Assembly (NCBI GenBank): GCA_003568945.1
Contig: BDIP01000014.1
Coordinates: 1-47,041, forward strand
From: Kipferlia bialata
Lineage: Eukaryota
Reading direction: 5' to 3'
Length of the DNA stretch: 47,041 bases
Each line of letters starts with the position of its first letter. The first letter of the stretch is position 1. Position numbers and translations under genes: made by a program. Shown piece by piece: positions 26,551 to 37,426 of this stretch. The notes below the pieces were generated by a model that worked only from the letters and a program-made list of their open reading frames with translations, searched no databases and was not told the origin of the DNA.

Positions 26551-27044
26551 CTACCCCTCCCATATAAACCCTATGGCGTCGAGCCTGTCCACCCTGGACT
26601 TGTCCATCTTGCCCTTGGCCCTCTGTCTCCGTTGTGTCTTCACCCACCTACCTAGGGCCCCGTCCTTCTGCGCAGGCACAGTCCCAGGGTGCTGGGCCAT
26701 GTAGTCTCGCAGCTGCTCTAGGTTGCCCTGCCACCTGGCAGCTAGCACATTCCAAACAAGCCCATCCACGGCACCCAACCTACGCACTCTACAGCTTCCC
26801 ATTCCTAGTGTGTGCGTGAAAGCAGGGCAACTGCTCGGATGATCTTCTACCTATGCATATATGTATACATATACATATATAGATACCTCCTTGCGGTCCG
26901 CGGCAATCCCAATGGGACTCCCATCCATGGCCTTAGAGGGTGCTCTGACGAAGGCAATTTCCCGTGATCAGCCACATAGACGGAGAGACGCTCCACATGC
27001 ATATCCCATGTATACACCCTGTCACTAAGAGTGACAGAATACAC
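26551..27044 (-). CDS. Helicase-associated (HA, PF03457-like) domain protein
   Basis: RWQGNLEQLRDYMAQHPGTVP...LGRWVKTQRRQRAKGKMDKSRVDRLDAIGFIW is a canonical HA repeat. A degenerate first repeat TWDMHVERLSVYVADHGKLP...LRPWM lies upstream. The start is uncertain. Confidence 0.75.
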
Positions 27045-27346
27045 ACCACCAAGAATCGAGATGTAGACTGAGAAAGTTGCCGAGGGACCCTTATTGATTG
27101 TCTACCACGCTTGACCACAACACTAACACACAGTCGAAAAGTAGTACATCAGATCACATTGTGACAAGAGGCCATGACGTATGTCTATTTATAGCAGAGG
27201 AAAGGGCCTCAGGGGAGGCACTGAAACTATACTAGGCAGTATCACACACGCACACACACACTCGGCGCCTGTGTGACGAATATACTCATGCCTATTGTAC
27301 GGACCCAGTGAATACCCACACAAGCAGCCCACCAACACCATGCCGT

Positions 27347-28623
27347 CTACTCCCTCACACCCTCAGCCTCTCTCCTTGCCCTCCGTGCCTCATACCGTGC
27401 CATGTACATCTCCTCCTGTCTGTCTGCCTCTGCATCGCTGATGGCCTTGGCAGCCTCGTCCTCACCCTGTGACATAAGCAGATAGTCCGCTATACAGTAT
27501 AGTGAAGCGTGTACAGTGGTGTTGTTCCAGTACCATATATGTAGTACTGTACTTTGATACCTCAGACATGAGCAGGTAGTACTGCCTCAGCTGTGTGATG
27601 TGCCCTAGACATACATCCAGGGAGGGGTGCTGGATGACGCCACTGCCATACCCACACTCATCGGTGTAGAGGATGTCGCCGTCTGAGTGTAAGAGAGTTG
27701 GTAGGTCTGACACCTCAGACATAGTATCAGTATCACTACAATCGTGGCAAGGATACTCACCGAAGCCAGATAAGAGGTATAGTACATGTCAAAGATATAG
27801 AGGAACACAACAGCCCAGCATACGCTATGGACAACCAGAGCATGAATGTACGATTCAGGTAACAGAGAGGCACAGAGATATAACACAGCTTTACCAAAGC
27901 TTACAGCTTTGGCGAGACCAGAGTATGTCTGTGGCACAATCAAAGAACCTCACTACCAGTGTGACTTCATATATATATACATATGTGTAGTTGGGTAGTT
28001 ATGTACACACACCTGGGCCTAGTAGGGCTGTCTCAACCATCTTGGATCCAGGCCCCTTGCCCTCGCCCATCTCCAACATAGGCACGTATGAGAGAGAGAC
28101 ACCCCTCCCCTCTGCCCCCTCAGGCAGGCACAGACTCATGCGCATGGAATAGCGATAGGGGTGCTTCACAGTAGCCACCCCCTCCAGGGCTGTGCAGACC
28201 TGAGGACGGGCCCTGCGGCAGGCACTAACAGCTAGGGTCTGGAGTGGGTATGTTGTGAGGATTGTAAGTGTACCCACTCTTACCTACAGTCATAGAGCTG
28301 GCGTTATATATGTGTCACACATATAATATGTGTTACACACATAATATGTGTGACACATAATATGTGTGATGTGTGTGATGTGTGTGTAATCAGTCCCATA
28401 CCTCCTGGGCCATGCTCTCCCGCGGGTCTGGGTTCAGCAGTCTCTCCAGCATCTCTGACCCAGCCTCACCCTCAGACTGAAGGTGCTCTGATAGTATAGC
28501 AGTCAGGGCATCCGCCATATCCCCAGTGTCCCCTCCACCCACTCCCGAGGTGGAGTCTCCGGCCAGATCACTCACATGGTCTCTCAAAAACTGCCTCAGA
28601 GCCTCCCTCTTCGCCTCGTCCAT
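27347..28623 (-). CDS. Hypothetical protein, multi-exon
   Basis: MDEAKREALRQFLRDHVSDL...SMAQE|TLAVSACRRARP...|VSDLPTLLHSDGDILYTDECG...|GEDEAAKAISDAE...EAEGVRE*, with consensus splice sites. Confidence 0.6.
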
Positions 28624-29152
28624 TCCAAGTGACTAGCAGTAGAGAGAGCGATGGAGACTGCTTTGTCTACCGCACTTAAGGGTTCATCACTTTGAGGGTT
28701 TCACTCACTGTATGTACTGAGGCGTACTAAACAGCCCAAGACTCTCTCAGTATCACTCTCAACTGTCATTATGGCACACATCTATTCAACGGCAACATGA
28801 ATAGTTACCTTGAAGGAGATAACGCAAGCACCACTCAATACGCGGTCAACATAAGGTGTAACAATATGATGCAGATCTGGCACAAACTGGCATACCCGCT
28901 GTGCTGACGGTCACCCATCTGTCTTTGGGTTACATTAGAACATGGTAAGTGATGATTGCTATTGTATAGGTCATAAGATACCCTTGGGGTGTGTATATGT
29001 GGTAGTGGTGGATGTGGTTGGAGTGTAGGTAGTTCAAGTGTATCTTGGAATCAAACTCAATCCAACGCGTTTGGCGTCTTCACCATATCAGGTTCCAAAT
29101 CCCACTCTGCATTCATATTTACTTGACGTCTGCATGCATGCTAACCCTCCAG

Positions 29153-29675
29153 GACACAGACAGAAGCAGCATCATCGCAGATGGAGAGGTATGTGGATAT
29201 TGAATGGTACATATCTGGATTGAGGTTGGTTGGGCGCCACTACACTTTTGCATCTACTGTGCTTCTAGATGCAGTGTATGGACTATATTCACCGTGGTAT
29301 CTTCCATTTACACTCTATGGTATCTAGAGTCGGTGTGGCCTGGTCTTATCCCAAGATTGACTGACACAACCTCGCCCATATTCACCACTATCCTCTCCCA
29401 CTTACTCTAACACCTAGAGCAGTCTCGTCTCCAACATGGAGGTGGAGACTACTTATATACTGTATACATGTCTATATATATATATATGTATACATATATA
29501 CGCTAATCACCTAACCGTTAGAGCAGTCTCCTGTCCAACATGGATGTGGAGACTACTCATATATGGTAAAATTTGTATATGTATGTGCATATATATCCAT
29601 GCACTCTACACCCAACCCCCAGAGCAGTCTCGTCTCCAACATGGATGTGGAGACAACTCATATACGGTATATATG

Positions 29676-29722
<47 letters not shown>

Positions 29723-31676
29723 TCTACACCTGACCCCTAGAGCAGTCTCCTCTCCAACATGGATGTGGAGACAACTCATATACGGTATATATGTTTGTGT
29801 ATGTGTATGTATACACCTGCACTCTATACCTAACCCCTAGTCTAGGGGCCCTAGAGCAGTCTCCTCTCCAACTTGGATGTGGAGACTACTCATAACCGGT
29901 ATATATGTATATATATATGGGTATATATACACCTGCACTCTACACCTAACCCCTAGAGCAGTCTCGTGTCCACTATGGAGGTGGAGACTACCACTGTCCG
30001 CAGTCCTCTGATGGGAGTGGACCAGGTATACACACCTACACTGTGAACCTGGCCTAGTGTAACCATAGTACCCTCCATCCCTCTAAATATTATTTAGTAG
30101 GATATTTAGTAAATATCCAGTCCACCCTTGCCCAGATGGCATGTATAGTCCCTCATATAAATCTGCTCCTCACGTCCAGTCCACCCTTGCCCAGATGGCG
30201 TCCATGCTGATGGGGACTCAGGCATCGGTGGATGCACACACACCGGGCACAGGTACCATACTGTTGATACACACATATATGTATATACAATACATGTATG
30301 CATAGTGTCATGGGACCCTGCGGCAGTGGATAGTAGCCTATGCCACCCTATACTCTCCCACCCCAGCCACCCGCACCCCCACCTTTGACCAGGCAGTGGA
30401 GTACATGCGTACTCTGTGGAAGAGTGTCTATGTGAGTGTTGTAGTATGTGATTCTATAATTACTACACGATTCCACCCTAATCCACTTACTACTAGCCCT
30501 CTTACTCCCAGTCCAATCTCCCATGTTAACAGTTTGCAACTATGCTTCTCTTCTCGTACCCTCACCCCCAGCCCACCACGACCCCCTGTGAGGAAGAGGA
30601 CTCTTCCTCTCTCTTCACATCCTCCTCTCTCTCTGTGCATGAGGGAGAGAGAGAGAGACTGGACCAGACACAGCTCCAGGCATACGACGGGGCGTTAGGG
30701 GTACGGCTATTCCCTACTATATACTACACAGAGTCTCTATGAGACATTGATATATTTGATTCACATATATGGTGTTGGGGAGTCGCACCACTAAGTATTC
30801 GTATCTCTTACCACATCATGCTCTGTCACACGTCCCACTCCTGTACGCATCTATCTATTGAATAACTCTCACCCCCTAGACTGATGACACGTCTCTCTAC
30901 TAGATATATGTGCATGTAAGTGTATGTCTCACCCCGTAGGCCCTGTGGCGTGCCATCCACAGGAGTGATGCCGCACTGGATGCAATGGGCAGCGTGGAGG
31001 TGGGTATACCTATATATATATATATGTATATGTATGTATATATACTATAGGAGGGTATATATAGATGCCGCACTGGATGCAATGGGCAGGGAGGAGGTGG
31101 GTGTATATATGCATACACTGATATATACAGATATATACTAGTATATGAGTGAATGGTATTGACACTAATGCTAAGTACTATTCCTGTCTCACTATACACC
31201 CTCTCCAACCCTAGGCCACCCGCCTCAAGTCCTGCAACCCCCGTGTCCAGGAGTCCTTCTGCGGCACTGACAGTGTCACACACGGTGCACCCATGGGTGC
31301 TAGTGGCCTTGCCCTCTCTCCCTCTGTCAAGAGCACTGTGGTGAGTGTGTATATAGAATAGTATACAGCTATACACATTTTATATGTAAATATATAGCCT
31401 TGCACTCTCTTCATGTGTCAAGAGCACTGTGGTGAGTGTGTATGTATATGAGTATAGCTATATACACAATATATTTATAAATATATGAGTATATAGCTGT
31501 ATACAATACATATATATATATAAACCCTATGGGTGCTAGTGGCCTTGCTCCCTCTGTCGGGAAGACACAGGGGTGTGTGTGACTATGTGTGTATAGAAGA
31601 TATGGATATCTGTGGGAGTATACCTCGCGTATACACTGGTATTGAATGTCTGCCATCAGCTGTCAGTGGCACTGTA

Positions 31677-31723
<47 letters not shown>

Positions 31724-33237
31724 AAGGATCTATCACCCCCTCACCCCAGACCACCCACTCCAGCATGGGGGTATGTCTCTGTATATATACACATCATAGT
31801 ATATATATATATATACTATGATCTTTCTATATACCTCACCCCAGACCACCCCGTCCCCCTGTCTGGGTCCCACCCCCCTCATGACACTCAGTGACCTCAA
31901 GGAGGTATAGGTGTATATATATATATATATATATATGGTCCTGTCATGTCACTCAGTGACCTCAAGGAGGTATGGTATATATATGTGTGTGTGCGTGTAT
32001 ATACATATGTGTATATAGGAATGCTGTAATAGTACAGGTATATCTTGTCAAACACACCAGAACCTGGCCCCCACACCCATCCAATATATATGACTGTACA
32101 TCTATATACATCTATCTATATAATAGTGTTGATGTTAATACCGTCTATATGTAACTGTCTAACCTACCAGAACCTGGCCCCCACACCCATGCAGAGAGAG
32201 AGAGAGAGAGACAGTGTGGACTGGAGGGGTGTGGCTGTCATGCTGGCCAACACCATCAAGGTATACACACTCTATATGGATACTGTTAGTTCCAGGTATA
32301 CAATGTATACACAATGTGTATACAATACATACACTATATCATGCTGGCCAACACCATCAAGGTATAGCGGATATAGATACAGTGTGTATGTGTATATATG
32401 TATGTATATATACATGCATATATACCCTCACCCATGCTGGCCAACACCATCAAGGTATGCATATGTATACATGGGTATATACGCAGGTATATACATAGGT
32501 ATATTCAATACATGCACTATCATGCTGGCCAACACCATCAAGGCATGTGTGCAGTGGCTATATTGTATATATATATTGTATATATATATTGTATATATAC
32601 TAATATAGTATATCAAGGTACGGGCAGTGGAATGTATATATACATCATCTTACTACATACATGGATACATATATCCCTCCCCCCCAGGCCATCCGCCAGA
32701 CAGCGATGACAATCTCTGTATACAGTATACACACATAGAGAGAGAGGGAGCCCCTCATTCTACATATACATATGTACATACACCCCTCACCCCCAGTCCA
32801 TCCGCCAGACAGTCGTGGAGGCAGAGGCCCAGGGGGCACAGGTCTGTAGTGAATATATACATGTATCTATCTATATATATATATATGTAGATATGTAGCT
32901 ATTATATGGACGTAGGCAGTGTAGTTAGGCAGAGGGGCCAGGGGGCCCAGGTATGTAGTGAATATATATACATACTTACATATATATAGATGGGTGTGTG
33001 TGGCTATTCTATTAACACATGTAGGGTATAGAGGCAGAGGGCCAGGAAGCACAGGTCAGGGTGTACATATACATATACTTCTGTATGTGTGTGTACATAC
33101 AAATATCAATATATCTAACATCACTATACTTTTCGTATATATACACATATATATGTAGACCAGTGAAGAGGAATAGAGACTCATGCCAGGACTCCACTAT
33201 CCACCCCGACAACAGCTACGTGGATGGTATCCTGTGA
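29153..33237 (+). CDS. Hypothetical low-complexity protein, multi-exon, start not resolved (probably about 28.8 kb)
   Basis: DTDRSSIIADGE|SSLVSTMEVETT...|ALWRAIHRSDAALDAMG...|NLAPTPMQRERERDSVDWRGVAVMLANTIK|...|RPVKRNRDSCQDSTIHPDNSYVDGIL*. Confidence 0.5.
29413..29990 (+). repeat. Tandem acceptor+exon-start echoes (6 copies)
   Basis: agagcagtctc...tcca.catgga(g/t)gtggagac at roughly 110-bp spacing. Confidence 0.9.
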
Positions 33238-33640
33238 GCAACTGGAGTGATACATATAGAGTGACACATAGAGTGACATGACATTCAGAGTGGAGAGTAA
33301 GACTCTTGACGGAGAGAGGGAGGGAGAGAGGGAGGAGAGAGGGAGGAGAGAGTAATAGATTCCCAGTGGCAGATATAGAGTGACATTGAGAGTGGAGACT
33401 CTCGTATAGAGTAGGTATAGACAGTACCTAAATACTATGTGGGACAAAGGGGGAGAGAGAAATAGATTCACAGTTCTTGGAGAAGTATTATTGGTGTGTG
33501 ACTCAAAAACAGTGATACGAGGCATCTAGATGAGTAGTCTGGTCCTTACCATCATGACAAGCTATGGAGAGAAGGAGTAGCCAGAAGGAGTAGTTTTGGA
33601 GTAACTCCAGGAGTTGGTTCCAGACCCTTATTGCATGTGT

Positions 33641-33733
33641 ATGGCCAAAAACATACTTGGCGAGGTGGCCGGCGGACCTCTCCCTCTCTCAGCGAGAGTC
33701 TACGTAGTAGGTGCACTCCAGACTGGTATTAAG
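33641..33733 (+). CDS. Putative first exon of an unidentified gene
   Basis: MAKNILGEVAGGPLPLSARVYVVGALQTGIK followed by a GTAAGA donor. It does not resemble a PsuG N-terminus and is separated from psuG by a poly-C tract. Confidence 0.4.
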
Positions 33734-34093
33734 GTAAGACGAAGTTAGCACTTTCATATGTGGCTTGTAAATGTGCGGATACATGATATTATGGGCTAGT
33801 TATTGGTGTAGGGTCTCCAGAAGGGCGATATGCACTTTAGGGCTATATATGCTCTCTTCTATGACCAATGACTATATATGTATATTATTTCATATATATT
33901 GCTGTTTGTGGGCCTTGCATCAGTGGCAAGTGGAAGGAGGGGGCATATATAGCATAATACACATATATGGTTCAAACGCTCTCTTGACGCTGTGGTGCGT
34001 CTGTCTGTATGTCTCTCTCTCTCTACTTACAGTATCCCTGTTCTGATTTAATAGTATAAAGGTAGTTTGTACCGCTCTGTGGCTCTCTCCTTA

Positions 34094-34094
<1 letters not shown>

Positions 34095-34130
<36 letters not shown>

Positions 34131-34178
34131 CCCCCCCTCCCCCCCCCTCTTCCCCCCCCCCCCCCCCCCCCCCCCCCC
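34095..34178 (+). repeat. Long interrupted poly-C tract
   Basis: Direct observation. Confidence 0.9.
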
Positions 34179-34197
34179 ACTTCATATCTCATATCAG

Positions 34198-35058
34198 GCC
34201 ATCAAGATGGGCAAGCCCGTGGTTGCTCTTGAGACAGCTGTGGTCACCCACGGTACGGTGCAAGAGAATATGTATCGTCTACTTCCGATACATATAGTAT
34301 CTCTCTCCCTTCTGACCCTCACCCCCAGGCATGCCCCACCCTATCAACGTTGAGATGGCCATCCAGATGGAGGAGGTGGGTAAATGAAGTAATTGTATGT
34401 ATCGATGTCATGCTTTAATTGACTTGACGACCAAGTACACTCTCTGTTGTGGCTGTCCCCTCCCTCTCACTATCAGGCTGTGCGTGAGTGCGGCGCCATC
34501 CCTGCCACTGTTGGCATCATCGACGGAGTGCCCGTGATGGGTCTCAGCAGGAAGCAGCTCATGCAGCTGTCCGACGCCACAGAGGCCAAGACAGTCATCA
34601 AGGTATACACTTTTTCTTTTACGCTACTCCCACTACTGATAGTGTTACCCCCCGGGGGTTCCCCCACCCCCCCGTCTCCATCATCCCATATATATATGTC
34701 TTCCTCACCCCTCAGGTTGGCGAGCGTGACCTTGGCTATGCCTATGCCCACAAGGCCATGGGGGGCACCACCGTGTCAGGCACCATGGCTGTGTGCCAGA
34801 TGGCAGGCGTCAAGATCTTTGCCACTGGCGGTATCGGAGGAGTCCACAGGCCATGCGAGACAGCCCCAGGTACACATACATACGCCTCTTCCATATATCT
34901 CTCTCTCTCTGTATATCTGTACGCCTCTTCCATATATGTCTCTCTCTCTGTATATCTGTCTGTCTGTCTGACCCCCCAGGCATCTTCGAGGAGACTGGCG
35001 ATGTGTCCAACGACATCATTGCATTCTCCAAGTACCAGGTGTGTTAGTATATGTATTA

Positions 35059-35089
<31 letters not shown>

Positions 35090-35811
35090 TCTCCCTCATC
35101 CTAGGTCCTTGTTGTGAGTGCCGGTGTCAAGGCCATCCTCTCTGTCCCCAGGACAGTCGAGGCCTTTGAGACTGGCGGTGTGCCCCTCGTGGGCTACAAG
35201 TGCACCAACATGCCCTGTTTCTACAGCACAGAGACCTCCCCCCCTATTGCCCTGCCCCACACCGCTGCCTCTGCCGCAGAGACAGCCGCAGTCTTCGACG
35301 CCTCCTCTGCCATGCAGAGACTCAGCGGACAGAGGGAGACAGGTGAGAATTTTTTATAGATATGTATATATACATAGATATATGCGGTCTCTCCATGTCC
35401 CTGACCCCCTAGGTCTCCTTCTTGTCAACCCCATTGCCGAGGCCGACTCTCTCCCCCTCGAGGAGGTCGATGCTGCCATCAAGACTGCTCTCAAGGAGAT
35501 GGTCGAGCAGGTACAGATACAGTTGACATATTTCTCTCTCTCTTTCTCGCCCTCCCTCTCTCTCTCTCTCTCTCTCTTATCCTTAGGGTGTGTCCGGCAA
35601 GGGTGTCACCCCATTCCTGCTGGCCAGGATGACCGAGCTCACTGGAGGTACACACTCATACTCAGTCAAACCATACGTATGTCTTCTTGACTCACTGTTT
35701 TGGTATCTGTCTCCCTCACCCCCAGGTGTCTCTCTCGAGGCCAACAAGAGGCTGCTCCTCAACAACGCCAGGGTAGCCGCTGAGGTTGCCGTGGAGCTCT
35801 CCAAGCTCTAA
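34198..35811 (+). CDS. psuG: Pseudouridine-5'-phosphate glycosidase (PsuG/IndA family), first exon uncertain
   Basis: KPVVALETAVVTHG|MPHPINVEMA..|AVRECGAIPATVGIIDG..|GGTTVSGTM...IFATGGIGGVHR..|GDVSND..|VSAGVKAILS..|..GKGVTPFLL..|SLEANKRLLLNNARVAAEVA*. The catalytic Glu and Lys and the metal-binding Asp motifs are retained. Confidence 0.95.
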
Positions 35812-35960
35812 GCACTGCCTGCAGCGATGACGCTTAATTATTGAGTTGTCAAAATAGAGTACAGTTAGTTTTTCTGTGTCATTCTTCCTGTCCCTTTCAT
35901 GTAGGGTTGACGACGATCTTTCTTCAAGTCAATACATAACATCCTGCTATTCAAGTAGCA

Positions 35961-36301
35961 ATGGCTGAACAGCTGATACAGTCGCTAGGGTTAACAAAGC
36001 ATCCAGTGGAGGTATGCACTTGTAACAGGAGTGCTGGGTTGAGTGAACACATCACTGCCCTAACCCTAGGATGGTCACTTTGTAGAGACCTACAGGTCTG
36101 AGGCGTGTTCCTGCATCTACTACATGCTGCGAGGGGATGACACCTCCTGCTGGCACAAGGTGTGCATGTATAGGGTAGTAGTATACAATGTAGAGTAATA
36201 GTACATAACACCAGGTGTGCAAGGACGAGGTGTGGCTGTACCACTCTGGCAGTGGTTGCACGGCTAGGCAGACACTCATACACACCGATGGGACGAAGGA
36301 G
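35961..36301 (+). CDS. Cupin_5/DUF985 (YML079W-like) protein, 5' part only (exons 35961-36011, 36070-36159, 36215-36301)
   Basis: MAEQLIQSLGLTKHPVE|DGHFVETYRSEACSCIYYMLRGDDTSCWHK|VCKDEVWLYHSG matches the L-HPEGG-F-ETYRS...IY-LL...S-WH...DE-W motif. The C-terminal half is missing after the poly-C tract. Confidence 0.85.
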
Positions 36302-36344
36302 GTCAGGTATTTGTGTGTTCACATAGTAGCAATGGCTCTAAGTA

Positions 36345-36377
36345 CCCCCCCCCCCCCCCCCTCCCCCCCCCCCCCCC

Positions 36378-36415
<38 letters not shown>

Positions 36416-36420
36416 CCTCC
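36345..36420 (+). repeat. Long interrupted poly-C tract at a gene discontinuity
   Basis: Direct observation. Confidence 0.9.
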
Positions 36421-36775
36421 TTACCCTATTATATTTCCATTCTCTTCCTCCAAATGAGTCTCTCTCCCTCTGTCTCCCCCATCCCCCTTCTCACTATGTT
36501 AATCGACCGCTCCCACTTGTAAGCTCAGATGTGTGTACTTACCTCGCTAGGGAGCAAATCATACAGTTACTCTGCTTCTCTACGCTTTCAATTCTTCTCA
36601 TGTATTCCCCCTCTCTCTATGTATGATGCTGTACTCTACTATATCCCTAACCCTAGCACCATCTCCAAGGCCCTGACCGAGACACTATCTCTCCTTCTCT
36701 CTGATCTAAACTTTCATATACCCTTTCTCTCCCTCTTTCTCTATGTCAGTTACATTGGAGAGTATCTCACCCTAG

Positions 36776-37179
36776 CACCATCTCCAAGGCCCTGGCCAAG
36801 ACACCAGCCGTGGCCAAGAGGACTCTACCGCAGGTATATGTATATATCTATAGATGTATTGATACATGTATATTAATAGTACACTATTGTATATACTAAT
36901 ACATATCCAACACCAACCATTAGGCATCCAATGCACAGGTGACTGCTAAACCAGTGCCGAGGCGTAGGAGACTGACCAAGGCAGAGGAGGTATATGCAGT
37001 GATATGTGTATACTAGGTATACATGGCTAGGATACAATTATGTCAAAGTAACCTCCCCCCCATCTGCTGCTCTCTCTCTCTGCCCCTCCCTATATATATA
37101 TATATATATGTATGTACTCATGTATCAGGCTCTCCAGTCACTGACCCCCTCTGCTGATATATTCTCTCTCGCCCCCCCC

Positions 37180-37219
<40 letters not shown>

Positions 37220-37286
37220 GTATAGTACGCAAGTACTCATGTACCAGGCCCTCCTGTCCCTGACACCCTCTGCTACTTGTATCCTA

Positions 37287-37317
<31 letters not shown>

Positions 37318-37392
37318 GAGTATACACAACCTTCTCCTACCTTAGGCCCTCCAGTCCCTGGCCCCCTCTGCTGCTGGTTTTGTGTGTGTATG

Positions 37393-37426
<34 letters not shown>

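Noticed and set aside
29829..29955. Telomere-like TAACCC motifs
   Set aside because: They are single copies that form part of the CTAACCCCTAG branch/acceptor signal, not arrays.
29413..29990. CRISPR-like repeat-spacer appearance (also 20829-21195 and 45476-46095)
   Set aside because: The repeats are copies of exon edges, the spacers are related TA-rich intron sequence, there are no cas genes, and the context is eukaryotic.
33181..33660. Possible minus-strand gene
   Set aside because: The candidate donor/acceptor join hits a stop codon. The region is better explained as the 3' end and flank of the plus-strand gene ending at 33237.
34067..36522. Poly-proline ORFs at 34067, 36215 and 36313
   Set aside because: Translations of intronic poly-C tracts.
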